A stretch of 50,866 nt of DNA, from positions 1 through 50,866 of IMG/VR virus record IMGVR_UViG_3300021057_000014; one strand, written 5' to 3'. Shown here in pieces: positions 18,872 to 27,591 of this stretch. A program made the translations under genes and the position numbers. The first letter of the stretch is position 1, and every line of letters starts with the position of its first letter. Origin of the DNA: a virus (Duplodnaviria > Caudoviricetes). The notes below the pieces were generated by a model. It did no database searches and had not been told where the DNA came from. It worked only from the letters and a program-made list of their open reading frames with translations.

Positions 18872-19473
18872 GTCTTGAGCCTCCGGGAGGCTTGGTAGTG
18901 CTTGACGACGGGCTGGCGCTTGAGTTCCTTCGGGACGTTCCGGTTGTACCGGTCCTCGAAGTCGTCGAAGATCCAGACCCACTCCGGGCCGGGGTCGACG
19001 ATCTTGAGGCGCTCGTTCCACTTCCCGGTTTCGAGGAGGAGGCGTAAGGACTGCTGCTCGGGCGTGTGACCGCCGTCGAACCGCTTGGTCGCCTCGACCC
19101 ACTCCTCCAGGAAGGACTTCACCAAGGGCTTGTTGGCGAGGTACATCGTCCCGGTGAGGTACTCGGTGTCTCCCTGGGGCGTGCGCTTCCACGAGTGAAT
19201 GCCCAGGTCCGCGTCCGCGAAGATCGAGACGTCGGGTATCTTCATGAACTCGCTGTCCGCGTCCGTCCAGAGGATGCCGCTGTAATCGCTATGGACGGAG
19301 AGCATATTCAGGAAGAAGGCGGGCTTCCGCATGACCGCTTCCTTCCAGCTCATCGCGGGATACTGCACGACGTAGGCGTTGAGGGAGAAGCGCGCGAAGC
19401 TCTCGGCCAGCCGCTCGGCTTCCTTCTGGTAGTCCCCCGCCGTGAAGAAGGAGACGATCTTCACCTTCCTCAT
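18868..19473 (-). CDS. Nucleotide-diphospho-sugar transferase-like glycosyltransferase
   Basis: SFFT, KPAF, LWTDAD (DxD), EQQSL and HYQASR motifs. Confidence 0.8.
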   Translation of the reverse strand: MRKVKIVSFFTAGDYQKEAERLAESFARFSLNAYVVQYPAMSWKEAVMRKPAFFLNMLSVHSDYSGILWTDADSEFMKIPDVSIFADADLGIHSWKRTPQGDTEYLTGTMYLANKPLVKSFLEEWVEATKRFDGGHTPEQQSLRLLLETGKWNERLKIVDPGPEWVWIFDDFEDRYNRNVPKELKRQPVVKHYQASRRLKT

Positions 19474-20219
19474 CGGGCAGACTCCGGGGAGACGTGGACG
19501 ACGCGGATCGCTCCGTCCATCACGTCCCAATAGACGCGCGGCCAGCAGTCCACCGCGCTGTTGATGTTGAGGTTGTAGACGCGCTTGCCTTTGAGGTGGA
19601 GCGCCGCCCAGTATTTGAAGTCGCTCACGAAGCTGTCGTACTGGGTGTCCCCGGTCTTCCAGTCGGCGGGATAGTCGTTGTGGTAGTTCGAGGTCTGCTT
19701 CCCGACCCGGTTGCAGTCGAGGCCGAGAATGAGGATCGGCTCGGCTCCCAGGAGATCGGCCACGTTGAGCGCGCCGATCATGGAGTTGGAGGAGTAGGAC
19801 AAGCCCTCGCTGAACTTCTTCGCCCAGAACTTGTCCTCACGCTTCCGCTCGATGATGATGAGAGAGGGGTCGAGCGCGCGGGCCTGATCCGCGTAGCTCG
19901 GAGCGAGCGCGTGAAAGAGCTTGAGACCCTTGAACGCCTTCCACTCGGGCCGCTCGTGGTAAAGCTCGATGACGCGGAGATCCTCGCTGAACCAAATCGC
20001 CGCATTCGGGCAGTCGAGGAACGCCCGGTTGATGGCGATGACGTGAGGCTCCCCGGCGAGCAGGGACCAGTCAAACGATGTGAGGCTCGGACCGCCGCCT
20101 ACGATGAAACACCGATGACCCGCCCATGCGCCTTCTGAGAGCTGCTTACTGGCGCGCTTGCCGCTCATCAGACTGATCGGCTTCCGCCGACGCTCGACCC
20201 TCCCTATCCTCTGCTTCAC
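19470..20219 (-). CDS. DUF115/MAF-like putative sugar transferase
   Basis: FIVGGGPSL, IAIN, NS...ALN.A..LGA..I.ILGLD motifs. Confidence 0.7.
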   Translation of the reverse strand: MKQRIGRVERRRKPISLMSGKRASKQLSEGAWAGHRCFIVGGGPSLTSFDWSLLAGEPHVIAINRAFLDCPNAAIWFSEDLRVIELYHERPEWKAFKGLKLFHALAPSYADQARALDPSLIIIERKREDKFWAKKFSEGLSYSSNSMIGALNVADLLGAEPILILGLDCNRVGKQTSNYHNDYPADWKTGDTQYDSFVSDFKYWAALHLKGKRVYNLNINSAVDCWPRVYWDVMDGAIRVVHVSPESAR

Positions 20220-21630
20220 CCTTCACGCCGAATTGAGGTTTGCCGTTGCCGCTGTTGCTGCCGTTGCCGTTGGCCCCGAAGCCCCCGCCGCCCCCAAAGC
20301 CCCCCGCCATCGGGTCCATCATCATCTGGGAACGCCCGGCGATGACCCGGTCGGACGGCCCGGGGACGCTGCACCCGATACGGCGGTAATACTCCTCCTC
20401 GATAATCGGGATGCCCCGGTCGAGGGCGCTCCCCATCACCTCGGCGGCCTCGCGCGGATCTTCCTTCTTCGTCTGCTTGGTGTGGAACCTCGGCCTCCGC
20501 GCCTCCACGAGCCCCAGGCGCATGAAGTTCGCGCGGTTAAGCGGGAGGTCGAAGAAACGCTTGAGGAGCTGCCGGTCGATGATCTCGTCCAGGTCTTCCC
20601 GCTCGTCCTGGTAGAAGGCTTCGGAGGTGTCCTCTTCCACGGAGGCGCGCGCCTTCGAGCCCGCATCCGCCGCGTGCCCGCTCGGGAGGATGGAGCCGTT
20701 GTAGAGGCGCTCGATCCCCTCGTCCAGGTAGCGGACGAAGTTCATGGAGATTTCGTGGCCCGCGCCCGAGGTCTCGACGACGTTGATCGAGTCGCCCTTC
20801 TGCACGACCGCGATATGCTCGCTCCGCATATTGCGAAGGAGGTTCTTCATGCCGGTCTTAAGGTCTTCGTTGGTCTTCGAGGTCGAGCCCTTGAGCGCGC
20901 CGTCGATCTCGGCCACGATCACGCCATTCGCCCAGCGGTCAATGCCCTGGTTGATCTTGTCGATGGCGACGGTTTTCATGTAGTGGTAGAAATAGGTCGC
21001 CTCCAGCAGCCCGCGCCCGTGGCCTACGCGGTCCTCGGTGTCCCCGTAGACGTACTCAAGGAGCGTCTGTTCGAACTCCTCGGTGATGCGCTCCCACCGT
21101 TCCCGGTCGGTGGAATAGAGTTCCCGGTGGATCGTCTTGTACGGGTTCCCCCGCTCGTCCTTGTGCCAGTCGGCGACGAGGTGGACGCGCCGCCGGTCGA
21201 TGTCCTGGATGGCGACCGGGATGAGCCACTCCAGCTCCCCCGTGCCGTCAAGCGAGATCGTCTGGCGCTCAAAGACGACGTGTCCGTAGACGCGCCCCAG
21301 GAACGCGGCCTCCGAGAGACGGCGGCGCGCGGCGTTGAATTTCCAGATCTGCCCGAGCGCGTCCTCGCAGATCCCCGCGAGGCGCTTGTCGTTTTCGTCT
21401 TTCGAGTTGCGCGGCGGCTCGACGTGCCAGGGCTTGACGATCCCCTTCTCCCGGCGGTCCATCGCGGACATGACAACGGGATCGCGGCGCACCACTTCCC
21501 AGATGTCCGGGTCGCGCGCGAGCGCAAGCGAAGGATCGTAGACCCAGGAGGATTTGTAGGCGCTGGAGAGCGCGTAATCGAAAAGGAGATCGTGCGGGCT
21601 ACGGATGAGGAGCGCGGAACTAGCGGCCAA
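20146..21630 (-). CDS. Portal protein (Mu gp29/DUF935-like)
   Basis: 494 aa; D..V.SAM..R, G.GLL...Y..Y.K and A.A.V motifs; TTG start with G-rich SD. Confidence 0.85.
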   Translation of the reverse strand: MAASSALLIRSPHDLLFDYALSSAYKSSWVYDPSLALARDPDIWEVVRRDPVVMSAMDRREKGIVKPWHVEPPRNSKDENDKRLAGICEDALGQIWKFNAARRRLSEAAFLGRVYGHVVFERQTISLDGTGELEWLIPVAIQDIDRRRVHLVADWHKDERGNPYKTIHRELYSTDRERWERITEEFEQTLLEYVYGDTEDRVGHGRGLLEATYFYHYMKTVAIDKINQGIDRWANGVIVAEIDGALKGSTSKTNEDLKTGMKNLLRNMRSEHIAVVQKGDSINVVETSGAGHEISMNFVRYLDEGIERLYNGSILPSGHAADAGSKARASVEEDTSEAFYQDEREDLDEIIDRQLLKRFFDLPLNRANFMRLGLVEARRPRFHTKQTKKEDPREAAEVMGSALDRGIPIIEEEYYRRIGCSVPGPSDRVIAGRSQMMMDPMAGGFGGGGGFGANGNGSNSGNGKPQFGVKGEAEDREGRASAEADQSDERQARQ

Positions 21631-21700
21631 CGATTCCCCCGCCTAACGAGTTGATGGGATTTTAGGGGAGCGGGAGAATGATCGGGAGACCAGATCGGCA

Positions 21701-21731
21701 CGTCAAAGCATTTGCATGCAGATGCAAGCAC
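21701..21731 (-). promoter_or_regulatory. TGCTTGCA/TGCATGCA/TGCTTTGA 10-bp-periodic repeats running into TTGACG, upstream of the portal gene
   Basis: Same TGCnnGCA, 10-bp-period arrangement as at 8016-8040. Confidence 0.45.
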
Positions 21732-21766
21732 CCTCGGATTTTTTTCATTTTCTTTTCATTTCCCCC

Positions 21767-21795
21767 TTGACATTCATATACGCATTGCGTATATT
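21767..21795 (+). promoter_or_regulatory. Strong sigma70-type promoter TTGACA-17-TATATT with palindromic operator ATATACGCA-T-TGCGTATAT
   Basis: Read directly from the sequence; T-rich UP-like element upstream. Confidence 0.85.
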
Positions 21796-21837
21796 ACTAG
21801 TGTTGAGATTGATGTAAGGAAAAGAAAGGGGATGGAG

Positions 21838-22119
21838 ATGGAAAACCTGAACGAGCGCGAACTGAAGGTTCTCGTAGCCCTGGCTGGCGTGGCAATCGAT
21901 ACGGCAGATGGAGAATTTGGGTTCATCGACGAAGTTTCCCTCGCCCACCTCGGCATGACACCGCAGGAGCTTGGGGGGTACGTTACATCCCTTGCCAAGA
22001 AGAAGATGATCCACATCTACCCGCATGAGCGGATTAACGTGGACGGACCGAAGTCCCAGCAGTATGTGCTAACCAACGCGGGATGGACTGCGGCGGGCCA
22101 TCCCGAATACGCCCAGTAG
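21838..22119 (+). CDS. Small hypothetical protein (winged-helix-like)
   Basis: Follows the promoter and a GGGATGGAG-ATG start; helix-turn-helix plus hairpin pattern. Confidence 0.65.
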   Translation: MENLNERELKVLVALAGVAIDTADGEFGFIDEVSLAHLGMTPQELGGYVTSLAKKKMIHIYPHERINVDGPKSQQYVLTNAGWTAAGHPEYAQ

Positions 22120-22129
22120 CCCAGCATCC

Positions 22130-22163
22130 GGCTCCCCCTGGAGCCGGTTCTGGGGGGCCTTTA
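22130..22163 (+). terminator. GC-rich hairpin followed by TTT
   Basis: GGCTCCCCCTGGA...TTCTGGGGGGCC-TTT directly after the stop codon. Confidence 0.5.
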
Positions 22164-22198
22164 TGTCGAAGGCCCGGACGAGGAAGGAGGATAGAGAG

Positions 22199-22414
22199 AT
22201 GGAAGAACGGCACCGGCACCGCGCAACGGGCGGGTACCACCGCTTCGGCTATTTTGGGTGCGTCGCTACGGCCCCCAAGGGGCGCTTTGCGCGCTGCATC
22301 CCCGAGACCCACAGAGGCTATACCGCCGAACATCGCTGCTCCTGCGGAATGATCCGCCTGGAGAACCACAACGCCGGGAAGGTCGAGCGCGGGCCGTGGT
22401 TCAGGGCTAGATAG
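22199..22414 (+). CDS. Small Cys/His-rich hypothetical protein
   Basis: AGGAGGATAGAGAG-ATG start motif shared with other cassette genes. Confidence 0.55.
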   Translation: MEERHRHRATGGYHRFGYFGCVATAPKGRFARCIPETHRGYTAEHRCSCGMIRLENHNAGKVERGPWFRAR

Positions 22415-22420
22415 ATCTAC

Positions 22421-22449
22421 TTGACAATGATATACGAATATCGTATATT
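22421..22449 (+). promoter_or_regulatory. Second promoter copy TTGACA-17-TATATT with operator ATATACGA-ATA-TCGTATAT
   Basis: Near-identical architecture to 21767-21795. Confidence 0.85.
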
Positions 22450-22483
22450 AAGAGTGTTGGATTGATTGGGAAGGGAGATAGAG

Positions 22484-22681
22484 ATGGCGAACGGAAGGAC
22501 GTATCGCGGCTTGACGATCGCCAGGAGCCGCATCGCGGAGAACGTCGCCGCTGGGCTGAAATGGCAAGTTGAGCTTCCGCCCACGAACGGATACACCTTC
22601 TGGGAGGTGGGAGGCCGAGGATACCGCACCCTGGCCGAGGCCCGCGAGGCAATCCGCGAGATGGCCGAGCAGAGTAAGTAA
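22484..22681 (+). CDS. Small hypothetical protein (TLAEAREAI motif)
   Basis: GGGAGATAGAG-ATG start. Confidence 0.7.
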   Translation: MANGRTYRGLTIARSRIAENVAAGLKWQVELPPTNGYTFWEVGGRGYRTLAEAREAIREMAEQSK

Positions 22682-22683
22682 CC

Positions 22684-22878
22684 ATGACCAAGCTGGAGCA
22701 AGAACTCGCGGATGCCCTACTGGAAGCTATCCGCTTGATTGACGAGATGAACACCCTACCGCCAAAGCCCTGCGAGGATTGCGAGCTGGGCAACGATTTA
22801 TGCTCTCCGCATTACACTGAGAGCATTCGGGACGAGCTATATCGCGTGTATGAGAAGGCCAAGGCGAGGAGCAAATGA
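22684..22878 (+). CDS. Small hypothetical protein (CxxC...CxxH)
   Basis: 64-aa ORF in the operon. Confidence 0.6.
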   Translation: MTKLEQELADALLEAIRLIDEMNTLPPKPCEDCELGNDLCSPHYTESIRDELYRVYEKAKARSK

Positions 22879-22898
22879 CCGAGAAGGAGGATAGAGAC

Positions 22899-23201
22899 AT
22901 GGAGGAGAGCGTGGACATCGCTGTGTTCAAAGAGCCGGACTGCCTCTCTTTGGAGGGCACACTCTACAAGGCTCTTGTGTGCCAAGCTGAGCACGACGCG
23001 GCCTGCAACGGGACCTGCACGGATAAATGCAGGTCCCCTGAATACGTCGTCGTGACGGAAGAGAAGAGTTGCGTCCTCGTCTGGCACCTTCCAGCGGAAG
23101 GGCCTGAGCGGGCTTTCTACAAGTACGAAGAGAACGAGGCTATTGAATACGCGGTCCAGATCGTACTAAGCCGCCGCGCTGAGGTAGAAGAGCAGCGGTA
23201 G
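22899..23201 (+). CDS. Small acidic hypothetical protein
   Basis: AGGAGGATAGAGAC-ATG start. Confidence 0.65.
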   Translation: MEESVDIAVFKEPDCLSLEGTLYKALVCQAEHDAACNGTCTDKCRSPEYVVVTEEKSCVLVWHLPAEGPERAFYKYEENEAIEYAVQIVLSRRAEVEEQR

Positions 23202-23266
23202 AAGTCTCTATCTCCTGGGGGTCGGGTCAGCGATGGCCCGGCCCCCTACCACGAAAAGAGGATGGC

Positions 23267-23527
23267 ATGAAGCATAAATGGACGTATACGCCGATGTACC
23301 GGCCCCCAAGCTCTGTAACCCTTCCCGCTGGCTGGAGCTTGGTTGAGCGCCCGGCCCCTGGGCTTGGTTTCGACAGGCGAGCGGATCTGCCTATTTCGGA
23401 ATACCGCTTCGGTATCGTCGCGTATGAGAAGCCGCTTTCCGATGGCGACGAGATCCGTTATCAACTCAAGCCCGTCGTGCCCCGCTGCCCTTCGCATGGG
23501 GGATACGACTGCAACCATTACGCATAA
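23267..23527 (+). CDS. DarA C-terminal-like (defence against restriction) domain protein
   Basis: Y..YRP....LP.G...FG.V.Y.KPLS..E..YQL.P pattern recalled for DarA_C; not verified by HMM. Confidence 0.55.
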   Translation: MKHKWTYTPMYRPPSSVTLPAGWSLVERPAPGLGFDRRADLPISEYRFGIVAYEKPLSDGDEIRYQLKPVVPRCPSHGGYDCNHYA

Positions 23528-23554
23528 ATCGCCCGTCTTCCGAGAGGAGCAACA

Positions 23555-23701
23555 ATGCCCATCCGAGCGTGTAAGCATTGCGGAACGAAGTTCGATGCCA
23601 ACGTGACGTGGCAAATCTATTGCCCCGGGAAGTTCTGCCGCCAGAAGGCCGCGTACTTCCGCAGGAAGAAGGAGCGGAGAGCCGCGAAGGCTAAGTCCTA
23701 A
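23555..23701 (+). CDS. Tiny Zn-finger protein (CGNR-like), 48 aa
   Basis: MPIRACKHCGTKF...QIYCPGKFCRQKAAYFRRKK; AGGAG SD; absent from the ORF track. Confidence 0.7.
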   Translation: MPIRACKHCGTKFDANVTWQIYCPGKFCRQKAAYFRRKKERRAAKAKS

Positions 23702-23715
23702 GATCGGGAGGAAAG

Positions 23716-24087
23716 ATGGAACCGCAGAGGAGTCCGATATGGATACTCTCAATTGTCGTGTTGTTCTTTGGCGCTCTCCTGGCCTTGGTCATGTTCCAGG
23801 ACGAACTCGGGCTGAATCGTACGCATCCCCACGTTGACTACGGCGTTTACCAAGCAGAGACGGAACAGGAGATGCTTCGGCGTAGGGAGGGACGCCGGTA
23901 CTTCCTGGTTGCGGAGGAACACGCCAAGAAACTGCACAGTCGGCTTGATTGCCCGGAGATACCAAAGCCGAAGTCCGACAAGGAACTCTACGAGCTGGAT
24001 ATCTACTTCATCCACAACAGAAGAGTCGTGAATAAGATGGGGTTCTTTCACGACAGCCTGAACTTCTGCGCCCGCTGCGTAGAGTAA
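23716..24087 (+). CDS. Membrane-anchored hypothetical protein (H..LDC...C..C Zn site)
   Basis: N-terminal TM segment; GGAGG SD. Confidence 0.65.
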   Translation: MEPQRSPIWILSIVVLFFGALLALVMFQDELGLNRTHPHVDYGVYQAETEQEMLRRREGRRYFLVAEEHAKKLHSRLDCPEIPKPKSDKELYELDIYFIHNRRVVNKMGFFHDSLNFCARCVE

Positions 24088-24095
24088 GGAGCGGG

Positions 24096-24275
24096 TCAAA
24101 CCTTCGGCTTCATGAGCCGCGCGGGCTTCTCCAGGAAGTCCAGGTAATACTCGATGGCCCGCTCAATGAGGACGTTCTTCACGACGCCGTTTTTCACGGC
24201 GTAGTCCTGGTAGCGCCGATAGAGTTCGTTACGAATCCTTGCGCTGACGGGAATCCTCGTGCTGTTCATGCCCAT
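24096..24275 (-). CDS. Ribbon-helix-helix DNA-binding protein (59 aa)
   Basis: MGMNSTRIPVSARIRNELYRRYQDYAVKNGVVKNVLIERAIEYYL; GGAGG SD; absent from the ORF track. Confidence 0.75.
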   Translation of the reverse strand: MGMNSTRIPVSARIRNELYRRYQDYAVKNGVVKNVLIERAIEYYLDFLEKPARLMKPKV

Positions 24276-24297
24276 TACCCCACCCTCCCCAATCGAT

Positions 24298-25938
24298 TCA
24301 CATTCGTAGCCTCATCCCCTCCAGGGGATCTACGGGCCTATCGTCATCGCCGGTGTTGATGTCGTCTCGGTGAGGCGTAGCGCCTATCGGGCCGCTCTCC
24401 TGCCCCAGGATGTCATAGAGCGCCCCGCGCCCGTGCATGGCCTCCGCAATCGCCACCGCCGCCGCCGTCACGTCCATCTGGTCGTCGTGGCTGGCGTTGG
24501 GGAATACGGTCAGCTCCTTCATGTAGTCCCCGAGCCAGGGCGCATAGGTCGGGACGAAGAACCGCCCGTCGGCCATGAGAGGAGTCGCGCCGTAAGCGCG
24601 CGCCACCTTGTCCTTGTCGATCCGGTAGATGGCGTCTTCCTTCTGGCTGATCTCACGCACAGGGTAGCCCTTGCGGAGGAGGCTTTGAGCGATGGAGAGC
24701 TGGAAGCCGATGGTCTCCACCGCGATGAACGAAAACTTCCAATGCTGATGTACCGCGACGATTTGCTTCTCGATGTCCGGGCCCTCGATCCGGTCCCTCC
24801 AGAGATCGAGCAGGACGAGGTATGTTCCCCGATGGTGCGCGAAGGCTGCCCAAGCCGCGATCACCGTGTAGTCGGGATCGGCCTTCTCGGTGTCCTTGGT
24901 GGTAAGCGCGAGGTCCACCGTAGCGAAGCGGAGGCAGTCCATCGGGCGGAACCGGAACTCCTTGAGGTCCACCCACTCCTCGTCCCGCTCGTAGGAGCGA
25001 ATCCAGGCGCGCTTGATGATGCCGCCTTCGCTCGGGCTGGGCTCCTGGTCGAGCTGGCCGCTCGCCCCGTAAGGCCCGAGACGCTTCTTGAGATTGTCCA
25101 CGGACTCGCGGGAGAAGCGGTTCCGGTCGAGCAGCTCCCCTTCCCTCTCGCGCGGGTCCGACCAGCCGATGCTCGTCGTGCAACGCGAGGAGGGGTGGAA
25201 CTCCATCGGCAGCTTGAGGTGCACCCATCCGCCTTGCCGAAGCGCGTGCCCAGTGATGTCGCTCTCGTGGGTGCGCTGCTGGATGATGACCTCGGCGTAG
25301 CTGTTGGGATCGTTCCCTCGGGTGGACCACTGCAGGTCAAACCACGTCAGCGTACTCTCGCGCTGGACTTCGGACTCCATCTGGGTCGCATCGTTCGGGT
25401 CGTCGAGGACAAGGCGATCGCCCCCGCGCCCCGTCACCGTGCCGCCCACGGAGGTCGCCACCATGAAGCCGAGAGAGGTATTCTGGAACTCGTGCTTGAC
25501 GTTCTGATCGGTGGATAGCGTGACGTGGGGCCACCGCTTTTGAAACCATTCCGACTCGATGATGAGCCGCCGCCGGACGCTATCGCGGAAGGAGAGGTTC
25601 TGCGCGTAGCTGGCGAACATGGAGCGGATCGCGGGATTCCGCGTCCACTCCCAGCAGGGCCAGAGGACCGAGACGATGCTGGATTTCCCCGTGCGCGGAG
25701 GGACGTTGATGATGAGCTTCCGGATCTTCCCCTCGGTCACGGCCTGGAGGTGAAGACAGATCGCCTCCAGGTGCCAATTCCACTTGAGGGGCGTCGCGGG
25801 CTCGATGAGGTGCCACGCTTGTTTCACGAACTCCGCAAGCGAGCGCCTACAGAGTTCCGCTTCAACCCTCAATAGCTCTCGGCTCAACTCCTCGGTCGAG
25901 CTTGGCAAGAAGCGCCTGATAGCCTCTAAGTTCGTCAT
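24298..25938 (-). CDS. terL: Terminase large subunit
   Basis: Walker A INVPPRTGKS, Walker B LVLDDP, QQR.H coupling motif, nuclease VDLA...DYT...HDDQMD. Confidence 0.95.
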   Translation of the reverse strand: MTNLEAIRRFLPSSTEELSRELLRVEAELCRRSLAEFVKQAWHLIEPATPLKWNWHLEAICLHLQAVTEGKIRKLIINVPPRTGKSSIVSVLWPCWEWTRNPAIRSMFASYAQNLSFRDSVRRRLIIESEWFQKRWPHVTLSTDQNVKHEFQNTSLGFMVATSVGGTVTGRGGDRLVLDDPNDATQMESEVQRESTLTWFDLQWSTRGNDPNSYAEVIIQQRTHESDITGHALRQGGWVHLKLPMEFHPSSRCTTSIGWSDPREREGELLDRNRFSRESVDNLKKRLGPYGASGQLDQEPSPSEGGIIKRAWIRSYERDEEWVDLKEFRFRPMDCLRFATVDLALTTKDTEKADPDYTVIAAWAAFAHHRGTYLVLLDLWRDRIEGPDIEKQIVAVHQHWKFSFIAVETIGFQLSIAQSLLRKGYPVREISQKEDAIYRIDKDKVARAYGATPLMADGRFFVPTYAPWLGDYMKELTVFPNASHDDQMDVTAAAVAIAEAMHGRGALYDILGQESGPIGATPHRDDINTGDDDRPVDPLEGMRLRM

Positions 25939-26302
25939 CGGTCAGATTCAGGATGTTGATGTTGACGTCCCCGTTCCCCGCAAGCGCCGCGCCGTTGAGC
26001 GTAAGGCCGAGTTCGACCTTGCCCTCCAAGCGGTCGAGGATCTCCTTAGCGAAGGGGAACTTGCCCTTCATGGCCTCTTTCACGATCACGCGCGCGAGCA
26101 TTTCGAGGTTAGTTTTCCCCGTGTTCGGGAACTCCTCCATAAGGACCTCGTAGACGGCCTCGCTCAGGGTCTTGCGCTTGGGGCGTCCTTTGGGATTGCC
26201 GGACTGTCCGGGCTTCCACTGGTACGGGCGCAGGGCAGAGACCTTCTTCTCGATGGACGCCTTCCGGTCATTGTTTTCGTACTGCTTTTCAGAGTCCGTC
26301 AT
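25862..26302 (-). CDS. Terminase small subunit-like (DUF5681)
   Basis: QWKPGQSGNPKGRPK and EILDRLEGK motifs; immediately upstream of terL. Confidence 0.8.
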   Translation of the reverse strand: MTDSEKQYENNDRKASIEKKVSALRPYQWKPGQSGNPKGRPKRKTLSEAVYEVLMEEFPNTGKTNLEMLARVIVKEAMKGKFPFAKEILDRLEGKVELGLTLNGAALAGNGDVNINILNLTDDELRGYQALLAKLDRGVEPRAIEG

Positions 26303-27528
26303 GCGATCTCCACCCCCGCGCGGGTGAGGTTCTTGGCCTTGAGGCCGGTGAAGTTCTGCCAGCGTTTCACGACGACATCGGCGTATTTGGGCTCGATCTC
26401 GATGGCGAAGCACTTGCGCCCGAGAGCGTGCGCGGCGATAAGCGTCGTCCCCGTCCCCGCGAAGGGCTCGTAGATATCGTCGCCCTTACCCCCGTGGTTA
26501 CGGATGGGGCGTGCCATGCACTCAAGAGGCTTCTGGGTAGAATGGGTCTTGTCGCTGTCGTCGTACTTAAGGGGGATCTCCCAGAGGGTCGACTGGGAGC
26601 GGTCCCCGCACCACTTGGCGGTTGCGCCCTCCCGGACGGCGTACCAGCACGGCTCATGCTGCCAATGGTAATGCCCGCGCGAGATCGCAAAGCGGGGCTT
26701 CGCCCAGATGATGAGCGTTCTGGGCTTAAAGCCAGCTTCAGTAAGGCCATACATCACATCCGGCACGAACCAAGAAGCGTGCCACACATAGGCGACGTCG
26801 CCTGGAAAATGTTTATAGGCCGCCGACCAGTCCACACGATTGTCATTTGAGACCTGTCCTACGCGGCGAGCCGCGTAGGAAATCGCCCCCTTCTCCGCAG
26901 CCTCGTTACGCCACTCGGGGTCGTACTCCACCCCGTAAGGCGGGTCGGTCACCATGAGGAACGGGATTGCCCCGCCCAGGACGCGCTTGACGTCCTCTTC
27001 CTTCGTGCTGTCCCCGCAGAGGAGCCTATGGGGGCCGAGTTCCCAGAGATCCCCCGGCTGAGTGACGGCTTGCTCGGGGACTTCGGGGAGCGGGTCTTTC
27101 TCCTCCACCTCCCCCGCATGGGTCCAATTGGCGATCTGCTCAAGCTCCTTCTCGGTGAAGCCCGTCAGGGTCACGTCGAGGTTCTTCTGGTCGAATTCGA
27201 GCAGGAGGTCGGCCATTGTGGCGAAGTCCCACTCGGCGAGTTCCGTGATCTTGTTGTCGGCCAGGGTGTAGAGGTCCGCGCGGTCGTCGTCCACGTCGGC
27301 CACGAGGACGGGGACATCGGTAATGCCGTGCTTCTTGAGGGCCTCCAGGCGTCCGTGTCCCGCGAGGATACGGTAGGTATCCTTCTGGACGATGATGGGG
27401 GCGAGATACCCGAAGGCTTCGATGCTGCGCGCGATGGCGTCCACCGCGTGAGCTTTGCGGGGATTCTTGGGCCAGGGCTTGAGCTTGTCCAGCGGAACGG
27501 TTTCGATCTTAGGCGGCGCGATCTGCAT
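26299..27528 (-). CDS. ParB-N fused N6-adenine/N4-cytosine DNA methyltransferase
   Basis: ParB-like NPR...ILAGHGRL..ADNK; MTase DPPY, H.TQKP and EPFAGTGTT. Confidence 0.93.
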   Translation of the reverse strand: MQIAPPKIETVPLDKLKPWPKNPRKAHAVDAIARSIEAFGYLAPIIVQKDTYRILAGHGRLEALKKHGITDVPVLVADVDDDRADLYTLADNKITELAEWDFATMADLLLEFDQKNLDVTLTGFTEKELEQIANWTHAGEVEEKDPLPEVPEQAVTQPGDLWELGPHRLLCGDSTKEEDVKRVLGGAIPFLMVTDPPYGVEYDPEWRNEAAEKGAISYAARRVGQVSNDNRVDWSAAYKHFPGDVAYVWHASWFVPDVMYGLTEAGFKPRTLIIWAKPRFAISRGHYHWQHEPCWYAVREGATAKWCGDRSQSTLWEIPLKYDDSDKTHSTQKPLECMARPIRNHGGKGDDIYEPFAGTGTTLIAAHALGRKCFAIEIEPKYADVVVKRWQNFTGLKAKNLTRAGVEIA

Positions 27529-27591
27529 TAAGATTCCCCCTTCCCCAAATGGGCCATACCCTTATCCTATCCAATTCCCTGAGCAAAAAAA

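Noticed and set aside
10056-20219. Long N-terminal extensions in the ORF track (e.g. 10056..11936, 17198..18466, 16686..17705)
   Set aside because: They overlap upstream genes in other frames; starts at the stop/start overlaps match the family N-termini.
26299-27528. DNA methyltransferase as effector of the Cas7-like system
   Set aside because: ParB-MTase fusions commonly sit just upstream of terminase genes, so adjacency alone is weak evidence.
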